A DNA stretch of 63,296 nt, filler included, from Choristocarpus tenellus KU-1152 (Eukaryota > Protista > Phaeophyceae), in NCBI GenBank assembly GCA_964200185.2. It is 12 parts of 12 records of this genome, joined end to end, with 100 filler letters (N's around TTAATTAATTAA, not from the genome) between each part and the next. Parts side by side here need not be neighbours in the genome. Positions count along the whole stretch, not along the records: positions 1 to 8,392 come from CAXNAD020004772.1; positions 8,493 to 13,449 come from CAXNAD020012383.1; 10 more parts are not named here. The stretch is one strand, 5' to 3'. Position 1 is the stretch's first letter. Every line of letters starts with the position of its first letter. A program made the position numbers and the translations under genes. This document shows positions 1 to 9,566 of this stretch, one piece after another. A model generated the notes under the pieces. That model saw only the letters and a list, made by a program, of their open reading frames with translations, did no database searches and had not been told where the DNA came from.

Positions 1-152
1 GAGGTTTCGTTGATTGTAGGAGACGCTGGATGTATTGCTAAGGACCCTGCCATTTCATGGATTGTGGGAGACGCAATGGGACATCGCTAAGGACTTGCAG
101 GAGAAAGTACCCCATAATGTTTCCACCGGAGGCTGCAGTAGGATAAAGGTTT
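1..152. repeat. Copy of a ~198-bp degenerate repeat family (also tandem at 2050-2560)
   Basis: GAGGTTTCGTTGATTGTAGGAGACGCT...GCTAAGGACCCTGCCATTTCATGGATTGTGGGAGACGCAA...GGCTGCAGTAGGATAAAGGTT aligns by eye with 2411-2560 and 2212-2350. Confidence 0.8.
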
Positions 153-555
153 AGAATTGATAGCTGATGTTTTTGTACCTACACAGACCCAATCTCAACA
201 TTGATATTAGAGTATATTTATTGCTTTGTTTTTGAGAGAGTTAGCAAAGTTTGTTTCTTTCTTCAAGTTTTCAGAGAAGTAGATTCTAAGGGTGTATAGT
301 GTCTGCGCAGGAAGGGAGAGTGTTCGTAGATAGTGCTTCTGATACACGTAGACACCACCGGTGGATTAGACAATAGGATGGAGAGCCAGTAACATATATG
401 TTATATGTACTGACTCATAGTGTTGATTGGTTTTAGATCATGTTCAAGATACACTTCCTATACTTAAGATAAGTAAATAAGTAATTCATAGTAAAATAGT
501 GTGGACGGTTACAAACCCCACACTATAGAGTAATGATGGTAATTAAGGCTAGAGT

Positions 556-1255
556 CTCACCCACGAGCTCAGTCAGCGGAATCGAGACCACAAAGGCCCT
601 TGTAATACTAACATTGTTCATCTATATCAAGCTGTTCTTTGTCCTTCATTAAAGCACCATAAAAGCTGCGGGTCCAGTGTGAGATAGTTCAACAGTCAAC
701 GCCTGCCTCACCCCAGAAGTCAATCAGCGGAATCGAGACCACAAGCCCCTTGTAACATTAACTTTGCATATCTACACCAAGCTATTCACCGTCTTTCATC
801 AAAGCACCAAAGCCACGGCTCCAGTGTGGAATATTTCAACACGGCTACGTAGCAGACTGATTGTTCCTGGGACGTTGTGCTGATCGACAAAGCTAGTAGT
901 GAGCAAGTAATTGTACAAGATGTCAACAAACACCACCAAGATCACATCACTGCCAACGTCTGCCGGAAAGCTGGGCGAAGACTTCTACTCCTTTGCGGTG
1001 AGGGCTCAGGCCACGCTTGGCATTCATGATTATGCAACAGCTCTTCATGGCCCAGATATTATCTGTGGGGGGGGCCCATCTGGGCAGTGGATATGGAATC
1101 ACCGAGTTCACTTAGTGACAATGGGAACAGTCATGCTCTGGTTGTGAGTGCAGGAAGGTAGGTGGATTGCTGGTAGAAAGGGTCGAGGAAAGGGCTGTGT
1201 AGTCTGTTTTTTGTGTGGCAAAGATGGCCGCACCAAGTACGACTGCCCCGACCTC
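556..1255 (+). mobile_element. Ty1/copia 5' relic: duplicated LTR 3' end plus gag fragment
   Basis: Two ~140-bp direct copies (556-694, 707-841), each ending TTCAACA. These are followed by gag-like MSTNTTKITSLPTSAGKLGEDFYSFAVRAQATLGIHDY (920 onward) and a degenerate zinc knuckle VCFLCGKDGRTKYDCPD (1202-1252; CX2CX4[H>R]X4C). Confidence 0.6.
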
Positions 1256-1266
1256 GATCGGGCTAT

Positions 1267-1524
1267 GAGTGAAAGTATCTTAGAGGATACGATTTTGCCT
1301 TATTTGTCCATTTAGGGCTAAGCTGCTAACGGGTTTTAATGACATTTTACCTACTCCAAAAAGGTTTCAGAGTAGGTTAAATGTATATGTTATGAAAAGG
1401 AGGGTCCAGAACAAGGATAGTGACATCTCCTAACAAACATGATAGCCAAAATAACATCAAAATTGCAACATTGGATTTTGGCCCCCAAATGGACGCGGCT
1501 CTACCCTCGAAGATACTTTGACTC
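1267..1524 (+). mobile_element. MITE subfamily A copy (putative non-autonomous Sola2)
   Basis: TIRs GAGTGAAAGTATCTTAGAGG / CCCTCGAAGATACTTTGACTC; internal GTCCATTT...CCAAATGGAC; homologous to 2562-2824, 12816-13080, 42885-43101 and 45194-45456. Confidence 0.88.
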
Positions 1525-1542
1525 TATAAGACTGGGGGGAGA

Positions 1543-2046
1543 TGATGGCCAAGGTGAAAGGTGCATGAGATAAACAGGGTTAAGTCACAAGATGAGTGAA
1601 CATTCCCTGACTTTTCGAGCCAGGGAGAGGACAGGAAGAACTTCTGGAAGGGGGGCTAAGGAGGGATCGCATGTGGTATCGACCACAACTCCTCCCCCAA
1701 CCGAATCTCGAGAGGTGGAAGACATCAGTTCGAGACTGGAAAGGTTGGAAGGCTTCATCAGGAGCTCTTATTTCGGTGACAGAGAACTTTACCCCGTGTG
1801 ACTGTCTTCCCTTGCGTTTATTGTCATTCCAAATTATTTCATTTGAGTTTGTCCCCTATTTGTTGTGTATTTTGGTGCATACCCACAGTAGTCAAGTGAC
1901 AGCTGTGATGTTGTATGCAGGCTGACTTTAGATAGAACAGCTATTAAAGTCAGGGAAAGGTTTTCCTCGTTTGTGTGTATGGTATGTCAGTGATAAGTCA
2001 ATTGTTATGTAGTATTATTTTCCAAAAATTCACTTTAGGCGTGACA
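1543..2046 (+). mobile_element. Putative LTR (TG...CA) preceded by a polypurine tract
   Basis: GGGGGGAGA (1534-1542) lies immediately before TG at 1543; the segment ends ...GGCGTGACA at 2046 and has ATTAAA near 1943. No partner LTR is visible. Confidence 0.4.
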
Positions 2047-2049
2047 CTA

Positions 2050-2560
2050 GGGATATTTCATGGATCCGTGGGAGACGCATTTTGGTATGGCTAAGGACCC
2101 ACAGTAGGAAATACCCCAGGATGTGTTCGTAGAGATCGTGATAGGATAGGTAGGAAGTGACAGCTCCACCATATTACTTTATGCGTGATATTTGTAGTGG
2201 TGATGTACTAAGGAGATTTTATTGATTGTAGGAGATGCTATATGCATTGCTAAGATCCTGCAATTTCATGGATTGTGGGAGACTCAACATGGCATTACTA
2301 AGGACCTGTAGGAGAAGTATCGGATAATGCTTCCACTGGAGACTACAATAGGAAGGTAGATATGAGGTGGGATCTGTGTTCCAGTGACCTGCAGTAGTGA
2401 TGTACTAGGGAGGTTTTGTTGATTGTAGGATAAGCTATATGCATTGCTAAGGACCCTGCCATTTCACGGATTGTGGGAGACGCAACATGATATTGCCAAG
2501 GACCCGCAGGAGAAAATACCTGAGAATATTTCCACGTGAGGCTGCAGTAGGGCAAAGGTT
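2050..2560. repeat. ~2.5 tandem copies of the ~198-bp degenerate repeat
   Basis: Recurring ATTTCATGGATTGTGGGAGACGCA...GCTAAGGACC and GTAGTGATGTACTAGGGAGGTTTTGTTGATTGTAGGA blocks at about 198-bp spacing. Confidence 0.8.
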
Positions 2561-2561
2561 A

Positions 2562-2824
2562 GAGTGAAAATATCTTAGAGGGTACGAGTTTTGCCCTGTT
2601 TGTCCATTTGGGGCTTGGCTTCCCATGAGGTTTTTATGATATTTTTCCTACTCCAAAACGTTTCGGAGTAGGAAGATTGTATACGTAATGAAAAGGTGTG
2701 TCCAGAACATGGATATTGACACTTCCTAACAAACACAATACCAAAAATTACAAAAAAAAAAATCACAACATTAGATTTTGACCCCCAAATGGACGCGGCT
2801 CTACCCTCTAAGATACTTTGGCTC
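2562..2824 (+). mobile_element. MITE subfamily A copy
   Basis: GAGTGAAAATATCTTAGAGGGTACGAG ... CTACCCTCTAAGATACTTTGGCTC TIRs. Confidence 0.88.
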
Positions 2825-2847
2825 TGAAGTCTCGCTATAAGATGATA

Positions 2848-5800
2848 TGTTGCATTTGTCATTCTGGTTGGACAAATACCTCTGATCTGATATATTTTCA
2901 CACACACAATGGGTAGAATATATGTTAAGCTCCTCAGGGAGGAGTGCCCTAGAACGCTTGGAACATCATATGCGCAGGAAGCAGAGAGGTGAGAGGAGTG
3001 AGAAGCAAGATTTCTTTGATTGGTGTAGTCGTTGGCATGCGAGGTAGAGTCAAAGCAGGTGACCCCGACTTTATTTGCAGTGAATGGATATCTTTCTGCT
3101 GTCACCACTTCCACTCATTACGCACATCCTTTTCTTATCTGCATCCAAGCATCATGTAAGTAATAACCAAGGCTCTGCTCCTCGTGCTCCACTTCCCACC
3201 GGAGCATTTGGGCCTTGGGATTGGTATCCTATGCTGTTGGCTAGATCGAGCACGTGCATGATGAGACTAAGATCTGGTACTGGTAAAGTGAACACGTAAG
3301 ACGTTGAAGCGGATGTATATCAATGCTGATATCGATGATCAGACAAAACGATATTACAATCTGTAATCAAGAGCCCATGTTGGTGGCATGTAGATATGTT
3401 GTATGCACATGTTCAAGACTGGGACCTGGAACTGCAGAACACTGGTAAACACACAGATATGATTCCGCTTTGTGATTTGTACACTAGGTATCACTACACA
3501 GGTGGCATGTGGAGTCCTGCATAGCCGAGCATCAGTACACAACCCAAACAAACTCATGGACATTCTTCCATGAACTTGTAGCTATGCCTTTAGCGCGCAT
3601 CATGCTTGCATATTTTTGCTTCAAGTTTGGTATACGTTGTACATCAACAAAAATATATATTAGGAATCCAAAGATTAGTCAGACATAGCAATCATCTTTT
3701 ACCTAGGTACTTGATCCAAGATGCAAAAAAATATATATATAATGTGAATGATCCATATATAGCCCAAGAAACTTCTCACGGTGTGCACATACTTGTGATT
3801 TAAGGGGACCTACTCCATAAATACTATATACTTCAGATAATATTAGACAACTTGGTTCAAACATCAACAACCTTGCGGCGTGTCAGAACCACAATCGATA
3901 AATTTTTGTCCACTCTAACCTCCAAATCCATGTATGAACTGGTCACAGAGATGTTGCCTTCACAATAGAACGAATTGTCACAAACCACCTGATGCGGTGA
4001 TAAAGGTCACCTGCTTCCCTTCTCCTTTGCTTAACTTTAAACTACTCCAAGTCAGGAGCACAAACCTCATTTCAATTCCATCTGTACATCACTACCTCCG
4101 AGAACATCAATACAGCCAAGGAGTGACAGGCACAGGTATTTAAGATATCGTATACTATGGTACATTTGTTTACTGAGAGGAAGGGTTGCTCTAGTTCAGA
4201 AGCACAAAATTTCGTTTCAGTAAAAACAATGAGGATGAACACCCCTTGAGAAGCCTTGTCAGCATTTTTCATGCTGTCCATTATCATTCCTCAAGAGCAA
4301 CTTGATGTAGACTATTATGTAAGAGATCGTTTGCAAGTAGGTGACCATAGTTGCATGGATGTCTTACGCATTATTATCGGCTTACACATTTACGGAGTCC
4401 TTCAGGATCCCAATTCACGAGGTACTCAAGTACCTCTAGGGTAAAGGACAACCTCTGGCATATGCTTGTACTTTCATATAGAAACACTTAGTGTAGATAG
4501 TTGCAAATTCTGACTGATGTTCATCGCCTTTCATTCTCTCTTTTCTTGGTTTCCAAAGGAGAGAGACCATGCTTGATCCTTGATCTGAGGACAATCTTGT
4601 ACACACACAGTATCAACTAAACATTCTCTTCCCGCCGAATGTCTTCTCAGACCATGCCAACAAGCCGAGCTAGGTCATCAAATATTCTAAACTGCTTTAG
4701 GCTGGCTAAGGGGTGCTGGCCTTTGATGACGCCTTCCAAGGCGAATGCAAACTAAGATCAACAACACTGTGTACTCTGAGCTAGCACACATCAACCAGCC
4801 CTCAAGATATATGTACACCCATACGGGAATTCTACCTACCACAAAGGCCTTCACTTTCCGGAAATAATCTATCCATACTTAAAACAAAACTTGCACTTGG
4901 GCAAGGGCTATCAAGCACATACAATAGACGCCCCACAGAACATTCTGAATGCAGCCAGTAACAGCTGGTGCAAACCCACACATATTGTCCCAATGGAAGG
5001 AGATCTCACATCTTCCACGATCCACATCTGATACAAGTAACCAAGGATAACAAGCTGTGTCCAAAATATACCCTTATTTCCTTCCTTCACGGCCATGAAA
5101 AAGCCAGATACACCCTCTTCCGAGAACACTCATATGTTACATCCCAAACCTCAAATATTCCACCTTCCGCCTTCATCTCCCCCATCCAATTGCAAGTCTA
5201 ACCTCGCGCTATTCGCAAAATTCATCCAAGCCCGCAGTCCACAACATACATCAAGCCTCCCCAGCAACAATCTGTCCCTCAATACCACAGTGGTTTGTCC
5301 CACAAATAATACGGTAAGACAGTTCTCCCCCATGGATGCTGTTCCATACGTTGACCACCTGAGATCACAACAACATTAGCCCACCACAAAAACCATCTTG
5401 GTGTCAGCATTCAGTAAAGAAAAGAGAATGACGAAGATGAGAGAGTCGGGGGTGCCAAAAGGATATTGTATCCTCTGATAGCAATGAGGCACACAGGCCA
5501 TAGCCATATCATCAGTGCAAATAATGCACTACAAAAATATTCCTTACAAATCCCCCTCAACATTAGTCATATTTGTAAAATTCTGAGAGAAGAAAGGAGT
5601 GGGATTATGATGTGATACTTTTCACATTTCCTTGAACATAAACCCAATAGGGTTCTTACATGCCACCAAATAAAATATTACAAGACTTGCTCGATAAACT
5701 GTAAGATGGGTGTATCACATTTCTTGCGCATAAGAAACTTTACTCTTATATGAAAGAAGGGCAAGAAATTGTTGAATGGACTTTGGGAGGTACTTGAAGG

Positions 5801-5900
5801 TACAACACGTTTCAAACCATCGTATCTGCCATGCGGAACATAGAGTGTCACAAAAGGTCAAGGTCAAGAAAATGTCCTTCAAGCACTAAAGCAAGAGACA
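2848..5900 (-). mobile_element. Heavily decayed Ty1/copia retrotransposon (integrase C-terminus, RT, RNase H, PPT and 3' LTR)
   Basis: On the minus strand: AVKEGNKGIFWTQLVILGYLYQMW (~5020-5100) resembles the copia post-integrase K.IFLGY motif, RT/RNase H-like remnants span 3200-4400, and the purine tract AGATAAGAAAAGGA (3140-3127) is followed by a TG(3126)...CA(2848) LTR. Many stops; the upper boundary is approximate. Confidence 0.5.
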
Positions 5901-5933
5901 TACAAGGAAAGCCTTTTATGTCCTCAAACTGAC

Positions 5934-8391
5934 CAGTTAGTAGTCCACTCAGCTGTCCATGTCAGTGCCCCAGCCAATGATCTTGACATTGTGACCACCT
6001 AGGTAAGCACCTGCAGAACAAAGAAACACAGCAGGCTTCCAAAATTATTTTTGGTATTACTTCTATTATAGTAAGGATATCAACAATGATAACAATAACA
6101 TGACTTTCTGGGGGACGTTTCACAGTTTATAAATACAACTTGTATTACACGCTTGTGGATTAGATTAATCATCTTAAGTGTGCATCAAACAATTGGGGTC
6201 ATTGCACAGTCAATGAATACGAACTATATGCATATTTGCGTACGAGCATCATCCTCTCTCAAATATAGACCATCCTTCTTTATTGTCATGCCCTCTACCC
6301 CTTGATCAACCTAATACATAGTAGTCACAATAGAGAAGAAATATTTAAGGAACAGGCGAACCAGCCATCAATAGGTGGGAATATTTCAGGGCACCTTGCG
6401 ACACAATCAGCGTCTACTAATAGCACACAAATCTACCACATCAGTTGTCAGATTGAAAACATCTAATGTGCCTCGAAAGAAGTTGACGTCATCAAATGAT
6501 AATTCAAAACACACTCATGTTTCCACCTGGTCAAGAGGAAAATATAACAGTTGGCTGAACTTGCAATCAAATCTTGGCTCAAGGCAACAACAATCCGCAA
6601 CAGCCGCCTTTGTATACATTAGAAATCCTTTCTGGCTCAACGTATCTAGGGGGGGGTGGCGGCTGTCTACTTGGGGTCAATTTTTTCATGTGGCAATTTT
6701 TTTATGATTTGGTTGCATAAGTCGGATGGATAATGTAAGTGCACTTTTCCTAGTTATGACCCAAATGGACACCCTGGTGTAGACCCCCCCCCCCCACCTC
6801 AGATACTTTGAGGCTTCTTTGAAGTACACACAAGTACATTTATCACTACAAAGCTAACCTTCCCTCTACACATCTACCTCTAACTACAAAATACTTGACA
6901 ACAGTGACACATCCAACTGACCTGATCCCTCAAGCAACGAGAGTTAGCTTGTCTCAACTTGAAAACCCTCCGTTACAATTGTGCAGACAAGGGCTAAAAA
7001 CCATGGCGCCACAAAGTCAGGAAAACACACCATACTCCCACAAAAATCACAACCAACATCACACAACTACAACAAACACATCATCCTAAACCTACTTGTG
7101 TCAAAAATAAAAAATAGACAAGAAAATAACAAAAGACCTCAGTACTCCAGAAATAAAAAGACACCAACTACTATCAAACAAAATCGAGACAAAAAACCAT
7201 AAAATCGGAATCAATATTACCCAATAAAAAGAGAGGAACCTCACCGTCAATATTTTCGTAAACGTCTTGAGAGTAGATGGGGAAGTCACCATACACCTAG
7301 AAGGGTGTTGTGGCAGAATCGTAGGTCATGATGTCCCGCTCGATGTCTCCCACACCCTTGAAAGAACAAGAGCGACATCACGAACAAATTCGAGCACAGG
7401 TAGCACAATACATAACGTTTTCATGTCAGGGCTAGTCCGGGTCGAAAAACATGCTTTGTCTTTCGCCATGTTATGAACCAATAAATAAAATCGTCGAGTT
7501 GTAAACTAGTTGGAGATCTCGTATGTATTCGAGTAAAAAAAACAGGTGAGGAACTTATATATTTTTCTTTTCTGAAAAATAAATAGTATTGACAAAAGGA
7601 GGACATAACCACAGCAATAATAATAATAATATGAAGAAGAGTAAGCATTCAATCCCACCTTGTACTCTACATAGTATGTGTAGAATGTACACCTTTGTAT
7701 ACACTTGCATGTGATGTCACCCTAACCCTAGCAGAGTTGAACTAACGAGATTTTCTAATGCAATTCTAACCTCCAACTCCTCTTACACATCCTTCTTAGA
7801 TCACCCATGGGTCCTCCGATAAGACTCCAGTTAAGACCTAGCCTTGCCAGTACACAATCTCCGCAGAGTTAGCAAGCAACGCCATTTCGTAATAGTAGTC
7901 AGTAAGAACTATTGTAAGGGTCTGGACATCAAGAGATGGAATCCCTGCCGTTTCGACTAACCCTAACCCTTTCAACTACAGCCTAGATGTAGTAAGAAAA
8001 AATATATGTTGGGAGAGATGAGATGAGAGGCAACTTAAGACACCGCAGTGTACCTTATAACCAATCTCTTCAATCAAAGAGGCAATCAACTGGGATACGA
8101 AATAGCAGCATAAACTGGTCGGAGTTGTTTCTTTCCCTCGAGTTGCATTTGTATCTCTCAGATGCTCATGTGTATTAAAGTTATACTAGAATAGCCTGGT
8201 GGACACAATAGAGTAAAGGCCTTTTGCTTAGGGGTACCTTCAGGGAGTACAACTGGGAGGCCTTGAGCTTGTCCTCCTCATAGGTGATGGTATTGCTCTC
8301 TTCGGAGCATTTCTTCACGCATTGTGGGGAGGGGGACTCTGCACGGGGGCGGGCAGGGCAACCGGTCCCTGTAGGGTCCACATGGTGAGTA
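5934..8391 (-). pseudogene. CTSB: Cathepsin B-like (papain C1A) pseudogene, partial
   Basis: Exon ~8391-8237 reads THHVDPTGTGCPARPRAESPSPQCVKKCSEESNTITYEEDKLKASQLYSLK (occluding-loop region). Exon 6010-5934 (CAG acceptor, GTCAGT donor) reads AYLGGHNVKIIGWGTDMDS*VDY*L, the catalytic-His motif GGHAVKIIGWG...GVDYWL with two in-frame stops (5951-5949, 5939-5937). Confidence 0.8.
6634..6814 (+). mobile_element. MITE subfamily B copy with 4-bp TSD (TTCT)
   Basis: GGCTCAACGTATCTAGGGGGGG ... CCCCCACCTCAGATACTTTGAGGC; TTCT at 6630-6633 and 6815-6818; internal CCAAATGGAC shared with subfamily A. Confidence 0.82.
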
Positions 8392-8392
8392 C

Positions 8393-8492
8393 NNNNNNNN
8401 NNNNNNNNNNNNNNNNNNNNNNNNNNNNNNNNNNNNTTAATTAATTAANNNNNNNNNNNNNNNNNNNNNNNNNNNNNNNNNNNNNNNNNNNN
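8393..8492. other. Artificial contig spacer N44-TTAATTAATTAA-N44 (also 13450-13549, 16211-16310, 19274-19373, 24366-24465, 32197-32296, 37406-37505, 40200-40299, 44530-44629, 49601-49700, 59943-60042)
   Basis: The identical 100-bp block carrying stop codons in all six frames occurs 11 times. Confidence 0.97.
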
Positions 8493-8735
8493 TACCGAAA
8501 AAAGGTGTAAAGTCTTTAGAAAAGAGCAGGATAATATTGGAGTAGATCAGGAGCATAGAAAATTATGGAGAAAACATTCTGCGGTAGAGTCTAATATTAA
8601 AATTCCTTAGAACATCATGCATTAGATCGTTGTCCTGATAGAGGCATAGAGCGTTTTAAGAAATATGTATTTATGTCAGTAGTAGCGCATAATATTAATC
8701 AAATAGGCGCATTAGTACAGCGCAAGATACAAAAC
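8493..8735 (+). mobile_element. Bacterial ISNCY/IS5-like transposase C-terminal fragment, frameshifted
   Basis: Joining three frames gives PKKGVKSLEK/EQDNIGVDQEHRKLWRKHSAVESNI/SLEHHALDRCPDRGIERFKKYVFMSVVAHNINQIG, matching the bacterial R..HSAVES.IN.LE.HGLDRC.D.G...F..YV...V.A.N...IG signature. AT-rich and intronless. Confidence 0.8.
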
Positions 8736-9566
8736 CTTTTTATCTTTGTGATTATTGATATTGCTACATCCACGTCTTGCTCTTGCTCCATAGTTTTTTG
8801 ATCGAGGATATTATTCACCTACAAACCAAGATCAGTTAGAAGCCTTAGTGTCGAAATTGACGTAGTAATAATCAAGACCCGGTTGTACTGAGCACTATCG
8901 AGAAGATGAAGTAATGATAATAATGTGTGGAATGACGATTACCGTATATGAACCGAAGTTCGAATTGCAATTAATTTGTGTTCACATCATATTAATCAAA
9001 TTACCACTCGTATTCGTACTGAAAGTAATATCAATTCAAAAATGAATATGATTTTTTGTCAACTTCGAACTATTATGGTTCTGAGGCTAGATTGGTAAAA
9101 TCAATCCATTTCAAATAATTTGTCATACCAACACTCTCACTCACAACATATCTACAAACAAGTTCCATTCTCCTTCCATTTCGAAACGCCAATAGTACGG
9201 ATATTCATTTTCTACGAACGTTCCACGGAGCCCGAATGTGTCCAAACAGTATTTTGCCTCTTTAATATGCAAGTGATAAAAAAATATGTTGCAAACTTAA
9301 GAAGACGAAATAAAAGGGTAGAAGAAAGTGCACTTTCACACCTCACTTAGGATAATACCAATATACTCTATTAATTCGCGGAGTTTGTTTTAAATTTTTC
9401 TTCTCCAAACTGTGAAAATCCATGTACGACGATAGCCATCTTCAAACTAAGGTACAATTACCTTCATTCCAACACAATAATTACCTTCACCATCACCTCT
9501 AATCTGTCACACCTAAGTACCTCTTCCACTCACCCAAACCATTCATTTCCTCATTCTCGTTAGGCA

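Noticed and set aside
5937-5951. Selenocysteine or stop-codon reassignment in the cathepsin exon
   Set aside because: The TGA aligns to Gly and the TAA to Trp, not Cys, and other genes here use TGA and TAA as normal stops.
6130-7700. Gypsy-like relic inside the cathepsin intron
   Set aside because: Only a faint RNase H-like resemblance; too degenerate to call as a feature.
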